NCBI RefSeq assembly: GCF_044239045.1
Contig: NZ_JBIICD010000008.1
Span: forward strand, 8,311 to 72,310
Source: Sphingorhabdus sp.
GTDB lineage: Bacteria > Pseudomonadota > Alphaproteobacteria > Sphingomonadales > Sphingomonadaceae
Length of the DNA: 64,000 nt
Reading direction: 5' to 3'
Below are positions 31,245-41,929 of this stretch, in pieces. How positions within the stretch are numbered: the first letter of the stretch is position 1; each line of letters opens with the position of its first letter. Made by a program: the position numbers and the translations under genes. Below the pieces are notes generated by a model, which ran no database searches, was not told the DNA's origin, and saw only the letters and a list, made by a program, of their open reading frames with translations.

Positions 31245-31288
31245 GTCAACTCTCCTGCAATGTTCCGACCGGTCGGCGCGCGATGAAG

Positions 31289-32854
31289 CTATGCAAGCGC
31301 CTCGGCGATGAGCTTGCGCGAGTTTGCAATGCCATAGAGCGCGATGAAGCTGCCCATGCGCGGCCCCGCGCTGGAACCCAAAAGCGTTTCATACAAGGCC
31401 TTGAACCAGTCGCGCAGATTTTCAAATCCACCCTCTTTGCCGATTTCATAGACGATATTCTGAATATCCTCGGCGCTGGCATCGGCGGGCAATTCGGCCA
31501 GCCGCGCATCCAACGTCTGCAACGCGGCAATCTCGATGCCCTCGGGCTTACGCTTGTGCAAGGTTGGCGCGACGAAATCACGGTTATAGGCCAAAGCAAT
31601 CGGGATAAGCTCGGCCAGTTCCGGCGCGTTTTCGGGCGAGACATTATCGGCATAATTGCCCAAATAAGCCCAAACCTGATCCTCGGTGGCGCCTGCCCCC
31701 ATCACGCCGACAAGGTTCAATAACAGGCCGAATGTCACTGGCGGCTGCCCGCTGGGTACTTGGCCATTGTGGACATGGTGCACTGGGTTCCCCAACCGCT
31801 TTTCAATCGGTTGCTCATGCCATTGCGCACGGAATTGGAAATATTCGTCCACGGCCTTTGGCACCACGCCCAAATGCAGTTGCTTGGCGCTTTTGGGTTC
31901 GCGGAAGGCATAAAAGGCAACGCTGTTTTCCGTGCCATATTTCAGCCAATCCTCGAGTGCGAGGCCATTGCCCTTGGACTTGGAAATCTTCTCGCCTTTT
32001 TCGTCGAGGAACATTTCGTAAATCAGGCTTTCGGGCGGACGGCCGCCAAGCACACGCGCGATTTTACCCGATTGCACGCCGCTGTCGGTCAAATCCTTGC
32101 CATACATTTCATAATCGACGCCCAACGCGACCCAGCGCATTGCCCAGTCGACCTTCCATTGCAGCTTTGACTTGCCGCCCAAGACCGATTGCGTGACCAT
32201 GTCGCCATCATCCTCGAACCGGACAAGGCCGGCTTCGGCATCAACAACCTCAACCGGCACCTGCAGCACGACGCCGCTCTTCTCGCTGATCGGCAATATC
32301 GGCGAATAGGTCGCGGCGCGTTCCTTGCGCAACGTGGGCAGCATGATGTCCAATATGCCCTGATAATGTCGCAATACATTTTTCAGGGCATCGTCAAACA
32401 CGCCGCTTTCATATTGCGACGCAGATGAGATAAATTCATATTCAAAGCCAAACTGATCCAGAAAATCGCGCAGCATCGCATTGTTATGCGCGGCAAAGCT
32501 TTCAAATTTTTCAAACGGATCGGGAATGCGCGACAAGGGCTTGCCCAAATGTTCGGCGAGCATTTTTTGGTTCGGCACATTGTCCGGCACCTTGCGCAGG
32601 CCATCCATATCGTCCGAAAATTCAATCAGCCGCGTCGGCGCGTCGGACAAGGTCCGGAACGCATTGCGCACCATCGTCGTGCGCAGCACTTCGTTAAAGG
32701 TGCCGATATGCGGCAGACCCGATGGGCCATAGCCACATTCGAAGATAATCGCCTGATTATCGGCCTTGCCATTGGGATAGCGTTTCAGCAAACGCCGCGC
32801 CTCTTCATAAGGCCAGGCTTTTGATGCCAATGCTATGTCGCGGTGGTCAGTCAC
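31289..32854 (-). CDS. lysS: Lysine--tRNA ligase, class I
   Basis: AWPYEEA, GYGPSGLPHIGTF (HIGH), KISKSKGN (KMSKS), GPRMGSF; GTG start 32854 preferred over 33025. Confidence 0.96.
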   Translation of the reverse strand: MTDHRDIALASKAWPYEEARRLLKRYPNGKADNQAIIFECGYGPSGLPHIGTFNEVLRTTMVRNAFRTLSDAPTRLIEFSDDMDGLRKVPDNVPNQKMLAEHLGKPLSRIPDPFEKFESFAAHNNAMLRDFLDQFGFEYEFISSASQYESGVFDDALKNVLRHYQGILDIMLPTLRKERAATYSPILPISEKSGVVLQVPVEVVDAEAGLVRFEDDGDMVTQSVLGGKSKLQWKVDWAMRWVALGVDYEMYGKDLTDSGVQSGKIARVLGGRPPESLIYEMFLDEKGEKISKSKGNGLALEDWLKYGTENSVAFYAFREPKSAKQLHLGVVPKAVDEYFQFRAQWHEQPIEKRLGNPVHHVHNGQVPSGQPPVTFGLLLNLVGVMGAGATEDQVWAYLGNYADNVSPENAPELAELIPIALAYNRDFVAPTLHKRKPEGIEIAALQTLDARLAELPADASAEDIQNIVYEIGKEGGFENLRDWFKALYETLLGSSAGPRMGSFIALYGIANSRKLIAEALA

Positions 32855-32891
32855 GTGTTGCTCTTTCGTTCCAAATAACCCAACAGGGCTT

Positions 32892-35627
32892 ATGGGAACT
32901 CCACTAGCCTTTCCTGCGCTCCATGCAAGCCATGCCGGTATTTGGATGGGCAGCAACGATGGACAAGTGCAATCCATTGGCAAGGGCGAAGCGGCGGGCC
33001 GCGCTGCCGAAACGCCGATGGTCATGCTGAATGCGCCTTTGGTCGCACAACGGCTTGGCTATCCCGATTTGTCGGGGCTCGACCTTCTGGAGCTTTATGC
33101 CTTTGTCTACCCCGCGCGCTTTGCGGTGCCAACGCCCAAGGGATTGGCAAAGACTTTGGGCTTGCCCGCGCCCGCGACGGATCAAGATGTCCCGACTTTT
33201 TTGCTGCACGCCGCGCGCCATTTGCTGTCGGTGCTGGGTGAAGCGGATTGGGCCGAGCGCGAAGGCGCTTGGGATTCGGCGCAAGCCTTGATGCGCCTGC
33301 GCTGGCCATGGGCCAATCTGGTCTTGGCGCAGCTTAAAAAGCCCGAGCGGCCCGAGCGCTGGCTGTTTAGCCGCCTGCCCGAATGGGAGGAGGCCCCGCC
33401 CCGCACCCCGCCGCGCGTGGTCACATTGCAGGCCGATGCCGTGCAAGAACGCTTGGCGTCTTTGGTCGGTGGCTCTGCGGAAACACGGCAGGGCCAGCGC
33501 GATTTTGCGCAGGCGGCGGCAGAAATCTTTTCGCCGCGCAAGGGCAAAAGCGAGCCACATATGGTTTTGGCGGAGGCGGGCACGGGCATTGGCAAGACGC
33601 TCGGCTATCTAGCCCCTGCCAGCCTGTGGGCGACGGCGGCCGATGGCACGGTGTGGATTTCGACCTTCACCAAGGCGCTGCAACGGCAATTGGTGCGCGA
33701 GGCGAAGCGGATTTACCCCGACCATGAAACATTCAAGTCCAAGGTTGTGGTGCGTAAGGGCCGCGAAAATTATCTGTGCCTGTTAAATCTGGAGGATGCT
33801 TTGCAAGGCGGCTTTGCCGGACGCGCGGCGATCCTTGCGCATCTGGTCGCGCGCTGGGCGGCCTATTCGCATGATGGCGATATGATCGGCGGCGATTTGC
33901 CCGGTTGGCTACCGACCTTATTCCGGCGCAATGGCTCGACCGCTTTGACCGACCGGCGCGGCGAATGCATTTATGCCGGATGCCCGCATTATAAAAAATG
34001 TTTCATTGAACGCGCGGCGCGTTCATCGGTGCAGGCCGAGATCGTCATTGCCAATCACGCGTTGATGATGGTCAACGCGGCGCGCGGGCGCGATGAGCAA
34101 AACCGACCCAGCCGGATTATTTTTGACGAAGGTCATCATCTATTTGACGCGGCAGATTCGATGTTTGCTGCCGCGCTGACAGGGCAAGAAACCATTGAGC
34201 TGCGCCGCTGGGTCATTGGTCCCGAGGGCAAGGCACGCGGCAGGCGTCGCGGCTTGTCGGCGCGGCTGGCCGATGTTGCGTCTTATGACGAAGAAGGCGG
34301 CCTCGCCATTGAAATGGCGCGCGTCGCCGCGGAGGCTTTGCCCGGTGATGGATGGCTGGCACGCTTGGCCGAAGGGACGCCATCGGGACCAATTGAGCAT
34401 TTGCTTGCCGCCGTTCGGGCGATGGTGTTCGCCCGCGACGAAAGCAATGCGACCGAAAGCGGCTACGGTCTGGAAACCGAGCTTGCCGATCCTGATCCCA
34501 ATGTCATTGACGCCGCCGCCGATGCCGCAATCGCGCTGGAGGCGCTGGCAAGACCGCTGACGGTGCTGGGGCAGCGGTTGGAGGCGATGATAGCCGACCC
34601 GCCCGATTGGCTCGATGGCAGCGCCCGCGCGCGCGTGGAGGGCGCAACCGCAAGCCTAAGCTGGCGCATCGACACATTGCGCGCATGGATATCGATGTTG
34701 GCGCGCGCCGTTGGCCCCGTTGACCCTGAATATGTCGACTGGCTGGCGATTGACCGGTTTGAGGGGCGTGAGATGGACATTGGCATGCACCGCCGCTGGC
34801 TCGACCCGATGAAGCCCGTGGCAGAAATCGTCCTAAAACCCAGCCATGGCGTGCTCGCCACCTCCGCAACCTTGCGTAGCGGCGGCGACTGGCAAAATGC
34901 CGAGGCGCGGACAGGCGCCTTGCATCTCGATAAGCCCGCGACACATTTTTTGGCGGTCAGCCCGTTCGACTATAAAGCGCAGGCCGAGGTGCTGATTGTC
35001 ACAGATATCAAAAAGGGTGACCCTGCCGCCTTGGCGGGGGCTTATGCGTCCTTGATCACGGCATCGGGCGGCGGCGCCTTGGGCCTGTTCACCGCGATAC
35101 GGCGCTTGCGATCCACTTATGCGCGTATCGCCGACCGCTTGGCGCGGGATGGCCTGCCTTTATTTGCACAACATGTGGACCCCATTGATACCGGAACATT
35201 GGTCGACATATTCCGCGATGACCCGCATGCAAGCTTGCTCGGCACCGATGCACTGCGCGACGGGGTGGACGTGCCGGGCCATTCGCTGCGGCTTGTCATC
35301 ATGGAGCAAATTCCCTGGCCCCGCCCCGACATATTGCACCGCGCGCGGCGGTTGAAACATGGCGGCATGGACTATGATGATCGCATCATCCGCGCCAAAA
35401 TGGCGCAGGCCTTTGGCCGCCTCATCCGCAGCGCTGGCGACAAAGGCCATTTTGTGCTGTTGTCATCCGCCGTGCCAAGCCGGCTTTTGTCCACATTTCC
35501 GCCGGGGACACCCATTCGCCGGGTGACGCTGGAGGAGGCGGTGCATTCGGTAAAATCAGGTCTTTCGTCTGACACAAATTTGCGGCAGGACACCATAGAC
35601 ACGTTGGAAGAGAGCAACCCGATTTGA
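32892..35627 (+). CDS. DinG-family ATP-dependent DNA helicase
   Basis: EAGTGIGKT, RKGRENYLC, Fe-S Cys cluster (CIYAGCPHYKKC), DEGH, DGVDVPG, QAFGRLIR; start at ATG 32892. Confidence 0.92.
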   Translation: MGTPLAFPALHASHAGIWMGSNDGQVQSIGKGEAAGRAAETPMVMLNAPLVAQRLGYPDLSGLDLLELYAFVYPARFAVPTPKGLAKTLGLPAPATDQDVPTFLLHAARHLLSVLGEADWAEREGAWDSAQALMRLRWPWANLVLAQLKKPERPERWLFSRLPEWEEAPPRTPPRVVTLQADAVQERLASLVGGSAETRQGQRDFAQAAAEIFSPRKGKSEPHMVLAEAGTGIGKTLGYLAPASLWATAADGTVWISTFTKALQRQLVREAKRIYPDHETFKSKVVVRKGRENYLCLLNLEDALQGGFAGRAAILAHLVARWAAYSHDGDMIGGDLPGWLPTLFRRNGSTALTDRRGECIYAGCPHYKKCFIERAARSSVQAEIVIANHALMMVNAARGRDEQNRPSRIIFDEGHHLFDAADSMFAAALTGQETIELRRWVIGPEGKARGRRRGLSARLADVASYDEEGGLAIEMARVAAEALPGDGWLARLAEGTPSGPIEHLLAAVRAMVFARDESNATESGYGLETELADPDPNVIDAAADAAIALEALARPLTVLGQRLEAMIADPPDWLDGSARARVEGATASLSWRIDTLRAWISMLARAVGPVDPEYVDWLAIDRFEGREMDIGMHRRWLDPMKPVAEIVLKPSHGVLATSATLRSGGDWQNAEARTGALHLDKPATHFLAVSPFDYKAQAEVLIVTDIKKGDPAALAGAYASLITASGGGALGLFTAIRRLRSTYARIADRLARDGLPLFAQHVDPIDTGTLVDIFRDDPHASLLGTDALRDGVDVPGHSLRLVIMEQIPWPRPDILHRARRLKHGGMDYDDRIIRAKMAQAFGRLIRSAGDKGHFVLLSSAVPSRLLSTFPPGTPIRRVTLEEAVHSVKSGLSSDTNLRQDTIDTLEESNPI

Positions 35628-36169
35628 CCTTCACCCTTACCTTGTTCCGCCATGCCAAATCGAGCTGGGATGACACCGTCCCGCGGGACTTTGACCGACC
35701 GCTTAATAAACGCGGCGAAAAGGCAGCGGTCACCATGGGCGTCTGGGTCAAACGCAACGGATTAACCTTTGACCATGTGGTCGCCAGCCCCGCCGTGCGC
35801 GTTATCGAAACCATTGACCAATTTGTGAAGGGCACAAGCGGACGGATGGAACCCAATTGGGACCGCCGGATTTATCTGGCGTCCTCTGCGACGTTAATGG
35901 ACGTGCTGCGCGATCAGTCCGATGAACATAAAAATCTGCTGATGGTCGGGCATAATCCCGGGCTAGAGGATCTTGTATTCGACATTTGCCCCGATGACGG
36001 CAGTTCGCCTTTGCGCGATTTGGTCTGGGAAAAATATCCCACCGCGGCCATTGCGCGGATGGAGCTCAACATCTCGCACTGGTCCGAGCTGGATCGCAAA
36101 TGTGGTCAGCTCACCCATTTCATCCGGCCGCGTGATCTCGACCCTGAACTTGGACCCGAAGACGAATGA
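35624..36169 (+). CDS. sixA: SixA-family phosphohistidine phosphatase
   Basis: RHAKS, DFDRPL, SPAVR, VGHNPG. Confidence 0.88.
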   Translation: MTFTLTLFRHAKSSWDDTVPRDFDRPLNKRGEKAAVTMGVWVKRNGLTFDHVVASPAVRVIETIDQFVKGTSGRMEPNWDRRIYLASSATLMDVLRDQSDEHKNLLMVGHNPGLEDLVFDICPDDGSSPLRDLVWEKYPTAAIARMELNISHWSELDRKCGQLTHFIRPRDLDPELGPEDE

Positions 36170-36687
36170 CGCCCGTTATTTGGCGTAACGCCGATGCGCG
36201 TGATGCCGAGGCTCTTGCCTATCTAGGCGCGGCGACGTTCATGGCAACCTTCGCCTTTGACCATCCCGGCCAACCGATGATGGAACATTTGCGGCAAGAA
36301 CATAGCGCCGAATATTACGCTGCAGCGCTCCGTGACCCGGCTATTGATATTTTGCTTGGCGAAACCCCGCTAGGCGCGCCTATCGGCTATGCCATGGTCA
36401 CGCCGCCGTCGCATCCCGCGTTGCAGCAAGAGGGCGATATCGAACTGAAACGCATCTATTTATTGGGCCCATGGCAGGGCAATGGTAACGGTAAAGACCT
36501 GCTAGATCGCGTTTTTGAGGTAACAGAAAAACGCAGGGCAAAACGCCTGTTGCTTTCTGTCTACGAAAAAAATGTCCGCACCATTGGCTTTTATGCGCGC
36601 GCCGGCTTTGGTGCCATTGGCGAAACAGTCTTCATGGTTGGCCCAGTGCCTTTCCGCGACTTGGTCTACGCGCGGAATATGGGTTAG
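36166..36687 (+). CDS. GNAT N-acetyltransferase (PaiA-like)
   Basis: ELKRIY....QGNGNGK, LSVYEKN...FY...GF. Confidence 0.85.
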   Translation: MTPVIWRNADARDAEALAYLGAATFMATFAFDHPGQPMMEHLRQEHSAEYYAAALRDPAIDILLGETPLGAPIGYAMVTPPSHPALQQEGDIELKRIYLLGPWQGNGNGKDLLDRVFEVTEKRRAKRLLLSVYEKNVRTIGFYARAGFGAIGETVFMVGPVPFRDLVYARNMG

Positions 36688-37052
36688 GCGGCGGCCAAGG
36701 CGGACGCCAGCCGATCGCGCACAGCCTGCAAAGCCCTAAAATCGAATGCAGTAGTGGGCGCTATGGGTGCAGATGCAGATGCTGGCGCAGTTGGCTGCGC
36801 ATCCTTTGCTCCGCCCTCCGTCAAAAAGCGGCGCGCGCCTTTCACGGTATAGCCTTCTTGATACAATAAACGATGGATATTGTGCAGCAGGGCCACATCT
36901 TCAGGCCGGTATAACCGCCGACCACCCGCACGCGTCAGCGGTTTCAACATGGGAAATTGTTCTTCCCAATAGCGCAATATGTGCGTGCGCACGCCCAACG
37001 CCTCCGCCATTTCACCAATATTCCGGAAAGCGTCAGCCGATTTTTCGGGCAT
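36684..37052 (-). CDS. MerR-family transcriptional regulator
   Basis: [22 protein letters not shown]...GGRRLY; conserved position after ihfA. Confidence 0.92.
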   Translation of the reverse strand: MPEKSADAFRNIGEMAEALGVRTHILRYWEEQFPMLKPLTRAGGRRLYRPEDVALLHNIHRLLYQEGYTVKGARRFLTEGGAKDAQPTAPASASAPIAPTTAFDFRALQAVRDRLASALAAA

Positions 37053-37056
37053 GATG

Positions 37057-37347
37057 TTATTTTACCTTTTGACGCATGCCTTGGCTTGCACGGAATGTAA
37101 GAACCCTACGTGGGGTAATAGGCACTTCCACGCCCGTTTTCGGGTTGCGGCCGATACGCTCCGCTTTGTCGCGCAAAACGAAGGTGCCAAAACCAGAAAT
37201 TTTGACATTATCGCCATTCAATAAAGCACTGGTCATATGGCCCAGAATAGATTCGACCATCGCTGCGGCGTCCGCACGCGACAAACCGACTTGACGGTTA
37301 AGCATCTCGGCCAAATCAGCGCGAGTCAATGTTCCTGCATCAGCCAT
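37057..37347 (-). CDS. ihfA: Integration host factor subunit alpha
   Basis: [31 protein letters not shown]. Confidence 0.95.
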   Translation of the reverse strand: MADAGTLTRADLAEMLNRQVGLSRADAAAMVESILGHMTSALLNGDNVKISGFGTFVLRDKAERIGRNPKTGVEVPITPRRVLTFRASQGMRQKVK

Positions 37348-37448
37348 ATTCGTCTCCGGCCCTTGACGTCGATTATTAAGCGACTTTGGTTAGTAAGCCC
37401 ATAGCATACAATAGAAATTCGATTTGTAAATTAGCGATGTTAGGGAAA

Positions 37449-38417
37449 TTACATCCGGACGATCGATGCGCCCCAGGTGAACCCGCCGCCCATTGCTTCC
37501 AAAACGACAATGTCGCCTGTTTTTATCCGACCATCGCGCACCGCGACATCCAAGGCCAAGGGAACCGACGCGGCAGATGTGTTTGCATGCTGGTCAACAG
37601 TGAGGACAACTTTGCTGGGATCAAGTGCCAGTTTCTTCGCCGTCGCCTCAATAATCCGGGCATTTGCCTGATGCGGAACGACCCAGTCGATGTCGGCTGA
37701 CGTCAATTCCGTTGCCGCCATCACCTCGTGCAATACATTGGTGAGATTGGTCACGGCGTGGCGGAACACCTCGCGCCCCTTCATCCGCAATTTGCCGACG
37801 GTACCCGTGGTGGATGGGCCGCCATCGACATATAATAATTCATTATGTTGGCCATCGGCGTGCAATTTGGTCGCCAGTGCGCCGCGCGTGCCAACTTCGC
37901 CTGACAAGACTACCGCGCCAGCGCCGTCGCCAAACAACACGCATGTGGTGCGGTCTTCCCAGTCCAATATCCGGCTAAAGGTTTCGGCCCCGATGACTAA
38001 AGCATTATGGGCGGAACCGGCGCGGATCATGCTTTCGGCGACGGAAAAGGCATATAAGAAGCCCGAGCAAACCGCAGCCACATCAAAAGCCACACCGCCA
38101 TTGCAGCCAAGCGCGTGCTGCACAATTGTGGCAGAGGCGGGGAATGTCTGGTCGGGCGTTGCGGTCGCCAATATGATAAGATCAATGTCACTTGCCGACA
38201 TGCCGGCCGCGTCGAGCGCCTTACGCGATGCTTCGATCGCCAGGCTGGAAGTGGTTTCATCAGGCTCGGCAATGTGGCGGAACTTTATACCCGTCCGCTC
38301 GGTAATCCATGCGTCTGTCGTATCAACCTTATTGGCTAATTCGGCGTTGGACACGCGGTTGCGGGGAAGCGCCGACCCAGTGCCCTTAATCACGGCGCGA
38401 AGAGCGACTTCAGTCAC
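37449..38417 (-). CDS. fabH: 3-oxoacyl-ACP synthase III
   Basis: AVCSGF (Cys), VPHQAN (His), HANTSAAS (Asn), GGGFTWG. Confidence 0.97.
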   Translation of the reverse strand: MTEVALRAVIKGTGSALPRNRVSNAELANKVDTTDAWITERTGIKFRHIAEPDETTSSLAIEASRKALDAAGMSASDIDLIILATATPDQTFPASATIVQHALGCNGGVAFDVAAVCSGFLYAFSVAESMIRAGSAHNALVIGAETFSRILDWEDRTTCVLFGDGAGAVVLSGEVGTRGALATKLHADGQHNELLYVDGGPSTTGTVGKLRMKGREVFRHAVTNLTNVLHEVMAATELTSADIDWVVPHQANARIIEATAKKLALDPSKVVLTVDQHANTSAASVPLALDVAVRDGRIKTGDIVVLEAMGGGFTWGASIVRM

Positions 38418-39439
38418 GCGGCCCGTATCCGCGCCAGATCTTGCGTGATCCGTGCTGTAATGTCTTCTTCGACCAATCGCGCCGCGACCTCGACCGCATG
38501 GGCCACGCCTTTGATATTGGCGCTGCCGTGGCTTTTGACGACCACACCGTTCAGCCCCATGAACACCGCGCCATTATGATTATTGGGATCCAGATGATGC
38601 CGCAGCAATTCAGTGGCGGGACGCGATACCAGAAATCCGAATTTTGAACGGATGGAACTGGTGAAGGCCCGGCGCAAAAGATCCGTCACGAAACGGGCAG
38701 TGCCTTCGATGGATTTCAATGCGATGTTGCCGGTAAAGCCATCGCAAACCACAACATCACATTCGCCCCGGTTGATCTTGTCGGCCTCAACAAAGCCCTG
38801 AAAATCCATGTGCAGCCCGGTCGCATCGCGCAAATGTTGCGCCGCGTCGCGCAATTCATCGGTGCCCTTCATTTCCTCGGTCCCGATATTCAGCAAGCGG
38901 ACACGCGGACGGTCAAAGCCGAAGATTATACGCGAATACGCCGCACCCATCACGGCGAACTGGACAAGGTTCTTCGCTTCACACTCGGTGTTGGCACCCA
39001 GATCCAGCATCACCACATCGGTATCTTCAAGCGTCGGCAGCAAGGCCGACAAAGCGGGTCGGTCGATGCCGGGCATCGTGCGTAGGGCTAGTTTGGCGGT
39101 GGCCATTAAGGCGCCAGTGTTTCCCGCGCTGACAGCGGCGCTGGCATCGCCAGCCTTCACGGCATTGATCGCCATGCCCATCGAACTGGTCTTGGCCTTG
39201 CGCAAGGCGGCGCTAACCTTGTCATCAGCAGTGACGACAACATCGCTATGCAGTATTTCAGACGCAGCGCGCAAATTGGGGTGTTTATCGAGCGCAGATT
39301 TAATCTGCTTTTCGTCACCCACCAATAGAAACTGGAAGCTGTCATGCCGGTGACGTGCCAAAGCCGCGCCTGCAATCATCACAGGAACGCCTTCATCACC
39401 GCCCATCGCGTCAATGGCGATACGCGGTTTCATCGACAC
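38414..39439 (-). CDS. plsX: Phosphate acyltransferase PlsX
   Basis: [37 protein letters not shown]. Confidence 0.97.
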   Translation of the reverse strand: MSMKPRIAIDAMGGDEGVPVMIAGAALARHRHDSFQFLLVGDEKQIKSALDKHPNLRAASEILHSDVVVTADDKVSAALRKAKTSSMGMAINAVKAGDASAAVSAGNTGALMATAKLALRTMPGIDRPALSALLPTLEDTDVVMLDLGANTECEAKNLVQFAVMGAAYSRIIFGFDRPRVRLLNIGTEEMKGTDELRDAAQHLRDATGLHMDFQGFVEADKINRGECDVVVCDGFTGNIALKSIEGTARFVTDLLRRAFTSSIRSKFGFLVSRPATELLRHHLDPNNHNGAVFMGLNGVVVKSHGSANIKGVAHAVEVAARLVEEDITARITQDLARIRAA

Positions 39440-39461
39440 CAGCTATTCTCCTTGAACAGGA

Positions 39462-39638
39462 TTAGGCGACTGCCACCACTTCGCGGCCATTATAATGGCC
39501 ACAGGCATCGCACAGATGATGTGGACGCTTCAGCTCACCACAGTTGGCGCATTCTTGGTACGCAGCAACCTTAAGCGAATCATGGCTGCGACGCATGCCG
39601 CGCTTCGATGGGGAAGTTTTTCTTTTGGGGACAGCCAT
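39462..39638 (-). CDS. rpmF: 50S ribosomal protein L32 (two CxxC pairs), absent from the ORF track
   Basis: Hand translation [58 protein letters not shown]; upstream of plsX. Confidence 0.97.
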   Translation of the reverse strand: MAVPKRKTSPSKRGMRRSHDSLKVAAYQECANCGELKRPHHLCDACGHYNGREVVAVA

Positions 39639-39836
39639 TTCGGCACCTGTTCCATTTCAAAATCAATAAGTTCTAAGACATGTTAGGCGAAAGAGTTGGT
39701 CGTGGCAAGCAATCGCCAGAATCGGCCTCATTCATCCGCACATGTCTGTGTGAGCGGCGCGCTATACTTGTTTTTCGGTGCTTTGCAAGCCGAGAGATAG
39801 CAGTTAGGGTCACGATCTCAAACTGGGAGAGAATAT

Positions 39837-40235
39837 ATGTTAAGTTTACCCGTCACCCTTACCATAGCCGCAGGTGCAGCCTTGGTGAATATCTGGCTGA
39901 TGATCCGTTGCGGTCAGGCGCGCACCAAGGAACGCGTATCGATTGGCGATGGCGGCAATGAATTTGTCATCCGCCGGATGCGGGCGCACGCGAACTTCGT
40001 CGAAAGCGCGCCATTCATTTTGATACTCATCGCCGCGCTTGAAGCAACCAGCGGAACCAACCAATGGCTTTGGGGCCTTGGCCTCGTCTATATCATTGGT
40101 CGTTTCGCCCATGGCCTGGGCATGGACGGCGGGTCATTGGGCAAGGGCCGTATGGTCGGCACGCTGACCACGATGATTACGTTGCTGGCCCTTGCTGGCT
40201 GGGCCTTGTGGAACGTCTACGCAGCCATTCTCTGA
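39837..40235 (+). CDS. MAPEG family membrane protein
   Basis: SIGDGG....RRMRAHANFVE, GRFAHGLG. Confidence 0.88.
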   Translation: MLSLPVTLTIAAGAALVNIWLMIRCGQARTKERVSIGDGGNEFVIRRMRAHANFVESAPFILILIAALEATSGTNQWLWGLGLVYIIGRFAHGLGMDGGSLGKGRMVGTLTTMITLLALAGWALWNVYAAIL

Positions 40236-40236
40236 C

Positions 40237-40923
40237 TTATCGGGCAGCAAGCACATCGTCTGCAACAAAGGCGTTGTGCTTGCGCTCATAGCCAAATTGG
40301 CTGGTGGGGCCATGGCCGGGGATGAAGGTCACATCATCCCCCAATGGCCAAAGCTTCGTCGTGATCGCATTAATCAGGTCGGCATGATTACCACGCGGGA
40401 AATCGGTGCGACCGATCGATCCTTGAAACAACACATCCCCGACAATCGCCAGACGGCTGGGTTGATGATGGAAAATGACATGTCCGGGCGTATGGCCGGG
40501 GCAGTGAATGACATCGAGCGTCAGATTGCCAACGGTCACGGTATCTCCGTCGACCAGCCAGCGGTCCGGCTCAAAACTATGGGCTTCCATGCCATAGCGC
40601 GCGCCGTCATTGTCGAGCTTCTCAATCCAGAAACGGTCGTCCTCGTGCGGGCCTTCAATCTTCAGCCCCAATTCTTGCGCCAGCATCCCTGCTTGCCCGC
40701 AATGGTCCAGATGGCCGTGCGTCACCAATAATTTTTCCAGCTCAACGCCCGTTTGCGCCACCGCGGCTTTCAATTTGTCGAGATCACCGCCGGGGTCAAC
40801 CAAAGCGCCCTTGTTCGTTTCGGTGCACCAAAACAGCGTGCAATTCTGCTGCAACGGGGTGACGGGAATGATCGCGGCCTTCAATGGCGGCGCCTTTGTG
40901 GGTGTGGATGTGACGTTAGACAT
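40237..40923 (-). CDS. MBL-fold metallo-hydrolase (glyoxalase II-like)
   Basis: THGHLDH, HCPGHTPGH, GDVLF, PGHG. Confidence 0.92.
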   Translation of the reverse strand: MSNVTSTPTKAPPLKAAIIPVTPLQQNCTLFWCTETNKGALVDPGGDLDKLKAAVAQTGVELEKLLVTHGHLDHCGQAGMLAQELGLKIEGPHEDDRFWIEKLDNDGARYGMEAHSFEPDRWLVDGDTVTVGNLTLDVIHCPGHTPGHVIFHHQPSRLAIVGDVLFQGSIGRTDFPRGNHADLINAITTKLWPLGDDVTFIPGHGPTSQFGYERKHNAFVADDVLAAR

Positions 40924-40963
40924 AGATATTCATGTGCCGCACTCGCGCGGCGGAGGCAAGTGT

Positions 40964-41599
40964 TCACAGCCGCCGGCCTGCCCAAACCACCCTGCCGATG
41001 ATCGCAACGGTGGCGCCGTCCACATCTGGCCAACCGGGATAGGCCGGATTATCCGACAGCACGGACAATCGCCCGCCGGGTCCGCTGGCCAGCCGTTTGA
41101 CCATCAACGCATCATCCAGCCGAATGACATGAATGCCGTCACGCAACGGGCCTGTCGCAGCGCGGTTGTCGACCATGATATCATCCCCATGGTTCAATGT
41201 CGGCGACATGGAATCGCCATCCACCTGAATCAACGACAGCATGGCTGGATCCAGCCCCTGTTTACGCAACCATTTTTCGTCAAAGCCGATTTTCCCCGCG
41301 AGCGTTTCGCGGTCCGGAATTGCGCCGGGGCCCGCTGATGCGCCAACCGAAAGCTTGGGAATAAGCCGGATGCCCGTTCGGGTCGCGCCCGCCTCCGGCC
41401 CACCCAGCACGCTTTCATCCACGCCAAAATATCGTGCCAATATCCCACGCTCGGTCTCTGGCAGTTTTTTGGGTGATCCGCGTTTGATAAATTGTTGAAT
41501 ATAAGTCGGATTGCGTCCGACCAGTTTCGACAGACCAGCAAAATCTTCTGCATTTTCCGCAATCAAGCGCTCCAAAGCAGCCCTTGGGTCTTCCCCCAT
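40964..41599 (-). CDS. CI/LexA-like repressor: HTH plus S24 peptidase
   Basis: HTH (LSKLVGRNPTYIQQFIKRGSP), Ala-Gly site (ASAGPG), catalytic Ser (GDSM) and Lys (VKRL), IIGRVVW. Confidence 0.88.
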   Translation of the reverse strand: MGEDPRAALERLIAENAEDFAGLSKLVGRNPTYIQQFIKRGSPKKLPETERGILARYFGVDESVLGGPEAGATRTGIRLIPKLSVGASAGPGAIPDRETLAGKIGFDEKWLRKQGLDPAMLSLIQVDGDSMSPTLNHGDDIMVDNRAATGPLRDGIHVIRLDDALMVKRLASGPGGRLSVLSDNPAYPGWPDVDGATVAIIGRVVWAGRRL

Positions 41600-41618
41600 G
41601 TTGTTCCCTCCGGTTCGG

Positions 41619-41652
41619 TTGGAAATTTCCTAGACTTGTAGGATTTATCCTA
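41619..41652. promoter_or_regulatory. Two 14-bp palindromic operator-like sites, T(A/T)GGA-N4-TCCTA
   Basis: TTGGAAATTTCCTA (41619-41632) and TAGGATTTATCCTA (41639-41652), 20 bp centre to centre. Confidence 0.7.
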
Positions 41653-41660
41653 TCACTTTT

Positions 41661-41675
41661 GTTCTATATTTGTTC
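41661..41675. promoter_or_regulatory. Alphaproteobacterial LexA (SOS) box
   Basis: GTTC-TATATTT-GTTC exactly fits GTTC-N7-GTTC. Confidence 0.7.
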
Positions 41676-41722
41676 TTACCGATTCGGGCAAGCCAATCCG
41701 GGTCGACCGTGGAGGAGACATC

Positions 41723-41929
41723 ATGCATATCACGCGCCTAATTGAGAGGTTTCTCCGGGAACAGGACCTGCCACCGACCAAATTCGGGCGCTTGGCCGCG
41801 GGCGATCCGCGCCTCGTACTCGACATCCGGATGGGGCGAGAAATCCGACCCGAAATGGAGGTAAAACTACGCCATTTCATGTCCCATTATGGCCAAACCG
41901 CCCAAACGCAGGACCGGAACGCGATATGA
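41723..41929 (+). CDS. Small Cro-like HTH protein
   Basis: 68 aa, PTKFGRLAAGDPRLVLDIRMGR; GGAGGAG SD; divergent from the S24 repressor. Confidence 0.75.
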   Translation: MHITRLIERFLREQDLPPTKFGRLAAGDPRLVLDIRMGREIRPEMEVKLRHFMSHYGQTAQTQDRNAI

